Assembly: GCA_036231405.1 (NCBI GenBank)
Contig: JAZAHK010000003.1
Coordinates: 192,001 to 256,000 of the forward strand
From: Nitrospinota bacterium
GTDB taxonomy: Bacteria; UBA8248
DNA length: 64,000 nucleotides
Direction: 5' to 3'
Part shown: positions 29,669-39,609 of the stretch, in pieces
Position numbering within the stretch: position 1 is the stretch's first letter
Layout of the letters: every line of letters begins with the position of its first letter
Program-made: the position numbers and the translations under genes
The notes under the pieces: generated by a model
What the model was told of the DNA's origin: nothing
Databases searched by the model: none
Seen by the model: the letters and a program-made list of their open reading frames with translations, nothing else

Positions 29669-30442
29669 CTAAAGATTTAAACTTGAAAAACTTCTTATAA
29701 AAAGGACTATGGCGACAGCTATTAAAACAATTTTCACAAAAAATTCAAATCGATTTTGATTGATTTTTCTTCGTAATTTCAATCCAATCCAATACCCTAA
29801 GAAAACAGGAACAAGAACTAAAATTGCATGTAAAAAGAGAGTCTTTGTATAAATTCCCTGCGAAAAAAAACTCAAAATCAATAGTCCCGATATTAGAGCA
29901 TTAAAAACATTAACTAAGAAAATAAATGTATCTTTTTTCCATGAAAACATGGAAAAATAAATAAGTGTCGATGGTCCCGGTATCCCTATCATCCCTCCTA
30001 GAAATCCGCTTAAAAATCCAAAAACTCCTCCAAGACCCCATTTTCTCACCAAATTTGAATTCACTTTTGGGGTTGGAAAGATTCTTCTTAGAAAAACAAA
30101 AAGAGCAATAGCAAATGCTAAAATCAATCTCACAATATTTGGGTTCAACCAATTCAATAAAAAAACGCCTGCAGGAACACTACACAACCCAATAATCAGA
30201 AACGGGATAATATTTTCAAGATTTCTCCATTCTTTTAATCCTATTGTTACATTCATGACATTTGTAGAAAAAAGTGAAATTGACATCAATGCAACCGCAT
30301 GTACTGGACTAATGAATAAGGAAAGAAAGGGAATAGTCGCGATTGGAAGGGCAAAACCAATGGAACCCTTAACAATTCCTGCTATAAAGAAAAGAGGTGA
30401 AAAAACAGCAATCATATAAAAAGACATAAAAACCAGATACAT
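29669..30442 (-). CDS. TauE/SafE (DUF81) family sulfur-compound exporter
   Basis: AGIVKGSIGFA, GFLSGFLGGMIGIPGP, about 8 TM segments. Confidence 0.82.
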   Translation of the reverse strand: MYLVFMSFYMIAVFSPLFFIAGIVKGSIGFALPIATIPFLSLFISPVHAVALMSISLFSTNVMNVTIGLKEWRNLENIIPFLIIGLCSVPAGVFLLNWLNPNIVRLILAFAIALFVFLRRIFPTPKVNSNLVRKWGLGGVFGFLSGFLGGMIGIPGPSTLIYFSMFSWKKDTFIFLVNVFNALISGLLILSFFSQGIYTKTLFLHAILVLVPVFLGYWIGLKLRRKINQNRFEFFVKIVLIAVAIVLFIRSFSSLNL

Positions 30443-30484
30443 CCTTTTGGGCTAATAAAATATTGAAATTACAAAGTTCTCAAT

Positions 30485-31339
30485 CTAATCAAAAGGATCT
30501 CTTCTAACCTTAGATTCACCTAAAAGGCTAGCGCGAAGCAAGTGTATTAGTACATTTGTTTCAGGTATCAATTGTATAAAAAAATCTAACTTTTGGTTCA
30601 GTAACGAGATTTCATCATTACCAAGTTTTGTTCTATCAAGAACAAATTCATAAGGGAATTCCTGGGCAGCTGCAGCAGCAGCACCTTTTGAAAGATCAAT
30701 AGTTATCTTATATCCTTCATTAGACTTTTGCTCTGAAACAAAAGGAAAAACAAGTTCTATATATTCCGGATAAAACGACAGTGCTCTCCAAACATCAGGG
30801 ATCCCCTTGTTTTTATGCTGACCGAAAATCCCATCTAAAAAATTAGTAGACATATTCTTTGGATCTATTAATACTGGAAGGGGCATTCCCTCAGGAGGTC
30901 CTAAAGGAATAATCTCTAAATCAGTATCAGAACCAGGAGAAGTTCCACCAATACTCATCCCATTCAAGGAAGCTTTTAAAGCTATTGCTAAAATTAAATC
31001 TTTCGGCCCCAAATAATTATACATATCCAGAATACGAGAAATAGAAAGTATCTTTTCCTGATCATATCCGTTGTCTAACAATTCTTCACCAAAATCAGGA
31101 ACATCTTCCGGCATTGGAGGGATCATCCTCATACGAACATTTTGGGCACACCTTTCAAAATACTGGGCGGTCAAATTATTACGAATTTTCTCCCAAAAAA
31201 AATCAAGAAAATTTTCGTGAACCGCAAGTGTCCTAAACATTAAACCTATTTTCGTTGAACGTATAACCGATTGAATATCAGTAAAAATTTCCTCGACTCT
31301 ATCACTTGCTTCTTCTTCTCTAACTTCCAAAAATTCCAA
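30485..31339 (-). CDS. DehI-like (group I haloacid dehalogenase-like) protein
   Basis: EVREEEA..VEEIFTDIQ..LMFRTLA....FL...W N-terminus and repeated WRALSFYPEY second half. Confidence 0.65.
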   Translation of the reverse strand: MEFLEVREEEASDRVEEIFTDIQSVIRSTKIGLMFRTLAVHENFLDFFWEKIRNNLTAQYFERCAQNVRMRMIPPMPEDVPDFGEELLDNGYDQEKILSISRILDMYNYLGPKDLILAIALKASLNGMSIGGTSPGSDTDLEIIPLGPPEGMPLPVLIDPKNMSTNFLDGIFGQHKNKGIPDVWRALSFYPEYIELVFPFVSEQKSNEGYKITIDLSKGAAAAAAQEFPYEFVLDRTKLGNDEISLLNQKLDFFIQLIPETNVLIHLLRASLLGESKVRRDPFD

Positions 31340-31370
31340 ATTACAACTCCCTTTAAAGGTCGTATGATTT

Positions 31371-32042
31371 TTACTGTGTAGGATCAGTAGAATCAGGAAC
31401 AGGGAATTCGGTTGGCCAATTTTCTAACATTGTCTCCATGAAAGCTTTTACTTTATCTGGACTCAAATAGACTGACTTTTTTATTTTATCTACCTCAGAC
31501 TGATCTTCAACTTGTATTCCAAGTGAATCCATGAATCGGTTCCACAAGTTAAAGGTTCCACTCATAAGCGTAAGTTCTACAATCTCATTATCAGAAAAAC
31601 TATTTTTGACTTTTTCAAAAACATCGTCTCTGGAACGTGCTGTATTTTTTGTTACATGTTCTGCCCATAACACTGCAGCTTTCTCACGAGCTGATAAAAT
31701 AGAGGAATCCATATAATCATCTCTAACTATAGCTGCAACCTGTTCATCAGTTATTCCTGCCGCTTGTCCAAGCGAAGTATTATGCGCAAGTCAATAATCA
31801 CACCCGTTAACCTGACTCGTTTTAATAATTACCATTTCCTTAATTTTCGATGAGAGACAACTCCCTGCACCTTCTCTTTGCATAACTGCAGTAAAAAGAA
31901 GAAAAAACTTCGATACCATTGGGATATTCCCTAAAACTCTTACAGAGTGAGGCACTCTCCCAATCATTGCCGTGCTTGCGTCATACAAATCTTTAGTAAC
32001 TCCTTTTGCATCATCTAAATCCACCATTTTTATTTTAGACAT
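31371..32042 (-). CDS. AhpD/carboxymuconolactone-decarboxylase-like selenoprotein (C-D-Y-U), 223 aa
   Basis: ORFs 31791-32042 and 31371-31712 are in one frame, joined by TGA (31791-31793) plus LAHNTSLGQAAGITDEQVAAIVRDDY; KEMVIIKTSQVNGCDY-U-LAH matches the AhpD CxxC..H motif; SD AAGGAGG. Confidence 0.9.
31761..31774 (-). promoter_or_regulatory. Candidate SECIS element of the AhpD-like selenoprotein
   Basis: CGCUU-GGAC-AAGCG hairpin, loop begins 21 nt after the UGA. Confidence 0.65.
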
Positions 32043-32090
32043 CTGAAAAGTCCTCCTTAAAAACCGAAAATTAAAACGTATTGTATAACT

Positions 32091-32693
32091 TCATACTTCC
32101 TTCGTAAAAACGTTCACATACCAATCTTCAAATTTTCGAAACGCAATAGATCTGTGACTAATATTATTTTTATCTGAATGTGACAAATCTGCGACAGAGC
32201 ATTTATAATTTGGCAAATAAAAAACCGGATCATAACCGAACCCATTTTGTCCTTTTGTAGATTCAGTAATTAATCCATCAAGAGACCCTTGAAAAGAATA
32301 AAATGTTTTATCAGGATTGTAAAAAACAACTACACTTACAAATTTGGCAGTACGCTTTTCAACCGGTATCCTTTCTAATCTTTTCAGAAGCAGGGCATTT
32401 TTTTTTCGATCAGAAAGACCCGGCCCTCCAAACCGTGCAGAGAAAACACCAAGTTCATCGGGGATTGCATCCACTTCTATACCAGAGTCATCTGCAAGAA
32501 CTGACATCCCAGTTAACTCACATGCAGTTTTTGCTTTTAACAAAGCATTTTCAAGATAATTCAAACCTGTTTCCTCAACTGTAATTTTTTGATCTATATC
32601 GCTAAGAGTTAAAATATCAAACGGTACGGATGACAGTATATTTTTCACTTCATTTATTTTATGTTGATTATTGCTGAAGAAAAGAATTTTCAT
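32091..32693 (-). CDS. rdgB: Non-canonical purine NTP pyrophosphatase (RdgB/HAM1)
   Basis: ENALLKA, ADDSG, GFGYDPVF, KNNISHR; follows rph. Confidence 0.93.
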   Translation of the reverse strand: MKILFFSNNQHKINEVKNILSSVPFDILTLSDIDQKITVEETGLNYLENALLKAKTACELTGMSVLADDSGIEVDAIPDELGVFSARFGGPGLSDRKKNALLLKRLERIPVEKRTAKFVSVVVFYNPDKTFYSFQGSLDGLITESTKGQNGFGYDPVFYLPNYKCSVADLSHSDKNNISHRSIAFRKFEDWYVNVFTKEV

Positions 32694-33448
32694 TTTTTTG
32701 GAAAATAAATCGACTGTAATTCAATAAGTTCACGTATCCCTTTTTGTGCCAAAGATATTAAACGTGACATATCACTTTTAAGAAAAGGAGTTCCCTCCGC
32801 AGTTCCCTGCAATTCAACAAAATGACTTTTCTCAGTCATTACAATATTCATGTCGACATCTGCTCTCACATCTTCACTATAATCAAGATCAAGAACACAA
32901 TTTTTATCCACAATACCTACACTAATCGCCGCTACTAAACCTTTTAACGGGTTCTCAGAAATCTTCTTTTCTTTCAAAAGTTTGTTCACTGCTCTACAAA
33001 GAGCAATATACCCACCCGTAATAGAAGCGCATCTTGTTCCACCATCTGCTTGAATCACATCACAATCGACATACACTGTGAAACCATCGAGCGGCTTCAG
33101 ATCAACAACGGCCCTTAAGGAACGTCCTATTAATCTCTGGATTTCTACTGAACGCCCAGCTCGAGCCCTATCACGAGAAATTCGATCTGAACCACTCCCA
33201 GGTAGCATAGCGTATTCTGAAGTCAGCCATCCTTCCCCTGAATTCCTCTTATGTCTAGGAACCCTTTCCTCTACAGAAGCAGTACATAGGACCCGTGTAT
33301 TTCCAATTTGGAAAAGTGCACTCCCAGCACAAGTTTTCACATAATCGACTTCTAAACTAATTTTTCTAATTTCATCTGTCTTTCTTTTATTCTCACGGCA
33401 AAAATTAGTTTTTCCACTTTTTTTCATAAAGACCACTCCATTCCACAC
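32690..33448 (-). CDS. rph: Ribonuclease PH
   Basis: GWLTSEYAMLP, EIQRLIGRSLRA, DCDVIQADGGTR, LDLDYSED, ELQGTAEG. Confidence 0.95.
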   Translation of the reverse strand: MWNGVVFMKKSGKTNFCRENKRKTDEIRKISLEVDYVKTCAGSALFQIGNTRVLCTASVEERVPRHKRNSGEGWLTSEYAMLPGSGSDRISRDRARAGRSVEIQRLIGRSLRAVVDLKPLDGFTVYVDCDVIQADGGTRCASITGGYIALCRAVNKLLKEKKISENPLKGLVAAISVGIVDKNCVLDLDYSEDVRADVDMNIVMTEKSHFVELQGTAEGTPFLKSDMSRLISLAQKGIRELIELQSIYFPKK

Positions 33449-33508
33449 GTAAGAAATATTCTGAAAATTATTTAAGAATTTAAATGTATTTAAAGTACAG
33501 GTTATATT

Positions 33509-34501
33509 TTATCCACCGATTGCACTCATTGTTCTGGTTGGTTGTACAAATTCCTCTTGTCCTATTAAATGACCAGGAGTCTTAGTTAGCAACACCCCTG
33601 CCAACCATTCTTTAATAAAATTATCATCTTTATTTCCACGAAGTAATTTCTTTAAATCATGTTCTTCATTTGAAAACAAACAAGTACGAATCATCCCTTC
33701 TGCAGTAAGTCTCATCCTATTACAATCTTTACAAAATGGACGTGTAACTGACGGAATAATGCCAATCTCTCCCTTCCCATCCTTATATCGATATTTTGTA
33801 GCAGGATCAGAAATATTTCCAGAAATTAATTCAAGATCGCAATTTTTCGATAGACCATCAAGAATTTCTTCAGCGGAAAGAACCTTATCAGGAACCCAAG
33901 TCTTATCTGCGTCAAGAGGCATATATTCTATGAAACGTACAATATGACCCGTTTCTCTAGCCCAGTTCGCAAAACGAGGAATTTCTTCTTCAGACAAACC
34001 TCTAATTGCAACCGCATTGATCTTGATTGGACTAAAACCTACATCAGATGCGGATTGTATCCCTTCTAAGACCTGTGTGAACTGATTACGTCTAGTCATA
34101 AACAGAAATTTTTTTTCATCAAGAGTATCTAGACTAATATTAATCCTTCGCAACCCAGAATCGAATAATTCCCTCGCAACTGCAGGAAGTAGAATTCCAT
34201 TTGTTGTTAATGCAAGATCCATATTTGGCTGTACATTTAACATACCTGAGACAAGTAAAGGAAGATCCTTTCTTAGCAGAGGTTCCCCTCCTGTAATATG
34301 ATAACTGTCAAAACCTAAATCGGTGGTAATACTAACAACTCGTAATATTTCCTCGTAGGACAAGACTTGATCATGAGGTAACCATTCCATTCCTTCCTCT
34401 GGCATACAGTAAAAACAGCGAAAATTACAGCGATCTGTTACTGAAATTCTCAGATCATTATGTCCTCTTCCATATTTATCGAAAAGCTGAATTTTTGACA
34501 T
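33509..34501 (-). CDS. moaA: GTP 3',8-cyclase (molybdopterin biosynthesis)
   Basis: LRISVTDRCNFRCFYCMP, FCKDCNRMRLT, C-terminal MSAIGG. Confidence 0.95.
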   Translation of the reverse strand: MSKIQLFDKYGRGHNDLRISVTDRCNFRCFYCMPEEGMEWLPHDQVLSYEEILRVVSITTDLGFDSYHITGGEPLLRKDLPLLVSGMLNVQPNMDLALTTNGILLPAVARELFDSGLRRINISLDTLDEKKFLFMTRRNQFTQVLEGIQSASDVGFSPIKINAVAIRGLSEEEIPRFANWARETGHIVRFIEYMPLDADKTWVPDKVLSAEEILDGLSKNCDLELISGNISDPATKYRYKDGKGEIGIIPSVTRPFCKDCNRMRLTAEGMIRTCLFSNEEHDLKKLLRGNKDDNFIKEWLAGVLLTKTPGHLIGQEEFVQPTRTMSAIGG

Positions 34502-34514
34502 TTAATTTCACCTT

Positions 34515-36470
34515 TTATTTTTCAAATTCCTCAACGACAGTACCAGACAATTCTGTATTATATCCACCTAAAGAAGAAACATTTGCATGAAACTTTTGAT
34601 CTCGTAAAACAGAGATCAAATCAGTCCCAATCTTTGAATTTGCAAATTCTACGGGGAAAACAAAATCAAACCTTTCATTTTGCAAAGGAATAAAATCTAA
34701 TCCTAGTAGATTTGCAGCAGAGCGAATACCTAATCCTGCATCTGCGCGTCCAGACGAAATGGCCATTGCGACCCCAATATGTGTAGTTTCAACTTGATCA
34801 TATCCTATGAAATCAGAAGACTTTAATTTTTCCTTTTCAATAAAATGATCAAAAAGAACTCTCGTCCCTGCACCGGACTGACGATTCACAACAGATAATT
34901 TTTTTAAGGTAAGATCCGAAAAAACTTTCACATTCTTAGGATTTCCAGACCTTACCAAAATACCTTGTTCTCTTTGTACAAAATTCACTACAACAACCTC
35001 AGTATCGGGCATATACCTCCTAATATAAGTCCAATTGTATTCTCCACTAGAAGGATCTAGAAGATGGGCGCCTGAAAAATGAGCTCCTCCATTTTTTAGA
35101 GCGGTCAACCCAGCCATAGAACCCACAGAAGAAATCGACAATTGGAGGCCGAACTTACGCTGTAATTCTACAGTTAACAAATCTAAAGCATTGTCATGAC
35201 TTCCAACCATAAGGATATTTTTTTCAATTTGCTCTAATGGTCTCAGAAGTTCAATCTCCAACTCTTGCCCTGATTCCAATCCCTCTGAGTTTCGTGGAAT
35301 CCTCACTATACCATCCGCCTCCACCAGACTACTAATAACACTAGCACCCCGCTTGGCTGGTATTGCGAGCATTTTGCCCTTGACCCTAGCCATTTTTACT
35401 CTCAAAAATTCTTCCATACCAAGTCTTGAAGCAGTTTTACGGCCCAAGGTAGCCTTAACCTTCACGGGAACCGCAACATTCGTTCCAGTTAAATACGAAA
35501 GAATAGGCTTAACAAATTCAGTCATCGCTAAAACTGCTGATACGGGATAACCAGGAATTCCAAAAACAGTTTTTCTGACACCTGAACTATTCGGGCATAT
35601 TCCCATAATTGTTGGTTTCCCTGGAAAGATTGCAACACCATGAACTAATAATTTCCCTAACTTTTCTACTATCGAGGAGGTAAAATCCTCTTTTCCAGCA
35701 GAAGAACCTGCGTTCACTAAAACAACATCAAAATTTTCAACTGCGTCACCTACAACTCTTTCAATCTCTTCAAAGTTATCTTTGAGAATCGGAAAAACTG
35801 TTGGAACTGCACCCCAATCTCGAATCAAATTCGACATAACAACAGAATTAAACTCCAGTAATTCCCCGTCCTTCAAATCTGTCCCTGGATAGACAAGTTC
35901 ATCGCCTGTAGGAATGATTGCAACTTCAAGGCATTTTCGAACTACAATATTTAAAACTCCAGCTGCAAGCAAAGCACCTAGATCAACCGCAGACAATTGA
36001 TGCCCTGCAGGGAAAATTAATTGGCCTTCAACAATATCTTCACCTGCAACACGAACATTTTGCCAAGGTGAAATTGAAGATTCGAGTTGTATTTCACCTT
36101 CCCTAATCTGATTCACATTCTCAATTATAACAACTGAGTCTGTATCCTCAGGCAAAGGATCTCCTGTATCTAACGGAAAAACATCTAAATTGATCTTGTA
36201 CGACTTTGGATTTACCGTACTGACACCAAAAGTTTTTTTAGCCTCTATCCCATATCCATCCATTGCTGCTGCGTGGAAATGTGGACTAGAAATGAGAGCA
36301 TATATAGGATCATGGGTAACTCTTCCAAAAGAATCCTGAACAGATATAGTCTCAAAAGAAAATTTTTGTACCTTTCCTATATCTTCATAAAGTTTCTCTA
36401 ATGCTTTTTCTCTAGGAACATTCTCAAGATAATATTTTCTGCCGGTCAAAGGTAAAAGTGAATCAGACAA
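34515..36470 (-). CDS. moeA: MoeA fused to a C-terminal periplasmic-binding-protein-like domain
   Basis: AAMDGY, PTGDEL, PGKP, GIPGYP, then GSHD, QREQG, NRQSGAGTR. Confidence 0.9.
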   Translation of the reverse strand: MSDSLLPLTGRKYYLENVPREKALEKLYEDIGKVQKFSFETISVQDSFGRVTHDPIYALISSPHFHAAAMDGYGIEAKKTFGVSTVNPKSYKINLDVFPLDTGDPLPEDTDSVVIIENVNQIREGEIQLESSISPWQNVRVAGEDIVEGQLIFPAGHQLSAVDLGALLAAGVLNIVVRKCLEVAIIPTGDELVYPGTDLKDGELLEFNSVVMSNLIRDWGAVPTVFPILKDNFEEIERVVGDAVENFDVVLVNAGSSAGKEDFTSSIVEKLGKLLVHGVAIFPGKPTIMGICPNSSGVRKTVFGIPGYPVSAVLAMTEFVKPILSYLTGTNVAVPVKVKATLGRKTASRLGMEEFLRVKMARVKGKMLAIPAKRGASVISSLVEADGIVRIPRNSEGLESGQELEIELLRPLEQIEKNILMVGSHDNALDLLTVELQRKFGLQLSISSVGSMAGLTALKNGGAHFSGAHLLDPSSGEYNWTYIRRYMPDTEVVVVNFVQREQGILVRSGNPKNVKVFSDLTLKKLSVVNRQSGAGTRVLFDHFIEKEKLKSSDFIGYDQVETTHIGVAMAISSGRADAGLGIRSAANLLGLDFIPLQNERFDFVFPVEFANSKIGTDLISVLRDQKFHANVSSLGGYNTELSGTVVEEFEK

Positions 36471-36498
36471 TTTGATTCTCCATTTCTCATAAATTTAT

Positions 36499-37740
36499 TT
36501 AGTACAGCAAAACTTCCACTTCTGTTTCGGCAACTAATCCATCAAAATCCGAGGGGATAATGACATAACCATCTGCTTTTGTCATAGTCGAAATCATTGC
36601 AGAATTTCCCATTAAAGGAGACGCAACAAAATTCTCTCCCTCTAATTTCAAGGAAACACGAACCATATCTTCTCTACCTGAGGCAGAAGGTAAATTTCTA
36701 GATAATAGGGCATGAACTTTTCCACTTTTTGAAACAAAAATATCTTTCTCTCCTCTCAACCTTCTTATTACAGGAACTACAAATTTATGAAAAATCATCA
36801 TTGCGGAAACTGGATGACCAGGAATTCCTATCAATATTTTGTTGCCATTATCAATGTCTAGACGTCCAATAATGGTTGGCTTCCCTGGTTTAATAGAAAC
36901 TCCATGAATTAAAACACCAGGATCTCCTAAGGAATTAATAGCAGAAACCGTATAATCTCTCATACCCATTGAACTTCCTCCTGAAACAAGAACAATGTCT
37001 ACATCTCCAATAACTTTTTGTAGCCTTTTTTTTATGAGATCTAAATTGTCTGGGAGAATATCTTCTACTATTGGAATACAGTCCATCTCAGTAACAGCTG
37101 CCGCTAGTGAAAATCGGTTAATATCACGTATTTGCCCGAGTTTTGTCTTTTGTCCTGGACCGACCAATTCATCTCCCGTGGGCAAAATAGCAATTTTAGG
37201 TCGAACACTAACTTGAACTTCTGTAATCCCCACACCGAACAGAGCTCCTATATCATGGCTTTTAAGTGGGGTCCCAGATGTTAAAAATTTTTCGCCTTTT
37301 TTAAGATCATCTCCCACGCTTAACATATTTTCACCAACGGAAATTGTCTTCAGTACCTCAAGAGTTTTTTCATCCATCAAATTCGTATATTCTTGCATTA
37401 TCACGCAATCTGATCCTTCTGGAAGCATTCCACCAGTACTAATTTTCGCTGCTTGCCCTCTTTGTAATTTAAATTTTGGAGCTTCTCCCATTTGTATATG
37501 TCCGATAACTTCTAAATAAGCTGGAATTGAATCACTAGTACCAAAGGTGTCGGACGCATTCAAGGCATAACCGTCCATGGTTGCTCTTGAAAAATCAGGG
37601 AGATCCACCGGACTATATATGTCCTCGGAAAGAATACGAGATATAGCAGACCCCGCATCTAAAACTTCAGATTTCAGAGGAAAAAATTCAGTTATCGTTT
37701 CCATTACTTTTTCAGAAGAAACAACTTTAAAAAATTCCAA
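36499..37740 (-). CDS. moeA: Molybdopterin molybdotransferase MoeA
   Basis: RATMDGYA, TGGMLPEG, SGGSSMG, KPGKPT, GIPGHP; TTG 37740 after GAAGGA. Confidence 0.92.
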   Translation of the reverse strand: MEFFKVVSSEKVMETITEFFPLKSEVLDAGSAISRILSEDIYSPVDLPDFSRATMDGYALNASDTFGTSDSIPAYLEVIGHIQMGEAPKFKLQRGQAAKISTGGMLPEGSDCVIMQEYTNLMDEKTLEVLKTISVGENMLSVGDDLKKGEKFLTSGTPLKSHDIGALFGVGITEVQVSVRPKIAILPTGDELVGPGQKTKLGQIRDINRFSLAAAVTEMDCIPIVEDILPDNLDLIKKRLQKVIGDVDIVLVSGGSSMGMRDYTVSAINSLGDPGVLIHGVSIKPGKPTIIGRLDIDNGNKILIGIPGHPVSAMMIFHKFVVPVIRRLRGEKDIFVSKSGKVHALLSRNLPSASGREDMVRVSLKLEGENFVASPLMGNSAMISTMTKADGYVIIPSDFDGLVAETEVEVLLY

Positions 37741-37868
37741 TATCAATCCTTCATTTACGAAAAAAGGAAAATGCCACACTAAAGTAGATAACTAAAAAAT
37801 GTTTTTAAAATGTATACGCAAGAAAACCAACAGATTGAAAAACGAAAAATCTATGGAAAAAATAAAAA

Positions 37869-38078
37869 TTAATTTTTGTTTACAGATTCTTCCTCTGAAG
37901 AAGACTTCTCATCTCCATTCTCATTCAATGATTCAGAGTCCTCGTTAATCCCTTTTTTAAAGCTTCGAATCCCCTTTGCAAGTCCTGAACCTATATCAGG
38001 GAGACGTTTTGCACCAAAGACCAAAACACATATGGCTAAGATGACTAGGAGTTCTGTAAAACCCATATTAAAAGGCAT
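37869..38078 (-). CDS. tatA: Twin-arginine translocase TatA/TatE
   Basis: [43 protein letters not shown]. Confidence 0.93.
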   Translation of the reverse strand: MPFNMGFTELLVILAICVLVFGAKRLPDIGSGLAKGIRSFKKGINEDSESLNENGDEKSSSEEESVNKN

Positions 38079-38109
38079 CTCTTAAAAACCTCCTTTAGTT
38101 TTTTTGGAT

Positions 38110-39288
38110 TTAGACTTCAGAAAAAACATTAGTACACGCAGAAAGACCAGCACCAACGTCTTCATTATAACCCATTTGCTTAAATATAACTTCAAGTGCT
38201 GAAAGAAAATAGACTACATTAGCCTGAGTTGCGCCATGACCCATCATTCCTACACGCCAAATTTTTCCAGCTAACGGACCGAGTCCACCTCCGATTTCAA
38301 TATTGAATTGATTTAAGAGAGTTTTCCTTATCGCACCATCATCCAAACCTTCAGACAAAGAAATCGTATTTAGTGTGGGCGTCCTTGCACCCTCTTTTGC
38401 AAACATAGAAAGCCCTAGAGCTTCAACACCCCTTTGCAAAGCTAAACTTGCAAGATCATGTCTCACAAAACGTTTTTCCAAACCTTCTTCAAAAATGATT
38501 CTTAAAGCTTCTCTTATTGCATAGTTCATAGTAATCGGACCAGTATGATGATACACACGATCGTTCCCCCAATATTTTTCCACCATACTCACGTCAAAAT
38601 ACCAGCTTGTAACTTTGTTTTTCCTTTCACGAACTTTACCGAGAGCTCTCTCCCCAAAAGTAATAGGGGCTACTCCAGGTGGGCAGGACAAACATTTTTG
38701 TGTTCCACTATAAGCTATTTCAACTCCCCAGTTATCAATTTCAACCGGGACTCCTCCAAGAGAAGTAACACAATCTAGTAATAATAAAGCTCCTTGTTCC
38801 CTACAAATTGAGCCTATTTCTTCCATAGATTGAAGGACTCCGGTACTAGTCTCAGCATGAACTATCCCAACTAAAGCTACTCCCGGATTTGATTTTAAGG
38901 CCTTTTCAAGATCGCTCGGGTCTATTGGTTGACCCCAAGGAGCCTCAACACGAATAACATTCGCACCAAATCGAGTTGCAACATCTGCCATCCTTTCTCC
39001 AAAAACTCCATTGATACAGATAATTGCTTTGTCACCATCCTCTATGACATTGCAAATTGAAGCCTCCATAGCGGCACTTCCAGTCCCAGAAACTGGAAAA
39101 GTAACCTCATTTTTTGTATTGAAAAGTTCGCGCAACATATTCTGACAATCATCCATAACCTTTAGGAAATAGGGATCTAAATGACCAATTACATGTGAAC
39201 TCATTGCTTTTAAAACACGAGGATGAACAGGACTTGGTCCAGGACCAAGAAGAAGACGCAAATCCGGATTTAATTCATCAACCAACAT
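38110..39288 (-). CDS. Alanine-glyoxylate/serine-pyruvate aminotransferase (class V)
   Basis: LLGPGPS, VHAETSTG, SGTQKCL (PLP Lys), YHHT, WRVGMMG. Confidence 0.92.
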   Translation of the reverse strand: MLVDELNPDLRLLLGPGPSPVHPRVLKAMSSHVIGHLDPYFLKVMDDCQNMLRELFNTKNEVTFPVSGTGSAAMEASICNVIEDGDKAIICINGVFGERMADVATRFGANVIRVEAPWGQPIDPSDLEKALKSNPGVALVGIVHAETSTGVLQSMEEIGSICREQGALLLLDCVTSLGGVPVEIDNWGVEIAYSGTQKCLSCPPGVAPITFGERALGKVRERKNKVTSWYFDVSMVEKYWGNDRVYHHTGPITMNYAIREALRIIFEEGLEKRFVRHDLASLALQRGVEALGLSMFAKEGARTPTLNTISLSEGLDDGAIRKTLLNQFNIEIGGGLGPLAGKIWRVGMMGHGATQANVVYFLSALEVIFKQMGYNEDVGAGLSACTNVFSEV

Positions 39289-39609
39289 AACTACCTCTCA
39301 ATTAAGGGCGACGGGCACCCACAAAAAAGTAAAACTAGATAAAATGTTTAAAATACAATATTTTCGGATAGTATCATAAAGAACAAAAAATTTTAAAATA
39401 TTGTACAGATAAAATCAGAACAAAAATATGTAAATTTTGAAATTAGATTGACTTTATATAAGCCAGAGACAAAAATTAGGATTATTTTCTTAAGGAAATT
39501 TTAAATCGATACCTTGTAATTAGTGCTATCAAGGTCTCCTTGCAATGAATAATATAAATTTTTTAAAAATTTACTCTTATACTTCAATCTAGTAGTGAGG
39601 ACTAATTCA

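Noticed and set aside
32043-32093. rdgB ends in TGA and the 48-nt spacer is open and in frame with the AhpD-like gene (possible read-through fusion)
   Set aside because: RdgB is already full length, the spacer peptide is not protein-like, there is no Cys-type context, and the AhpD gene has its own AAGGAGG; best explained as chance.
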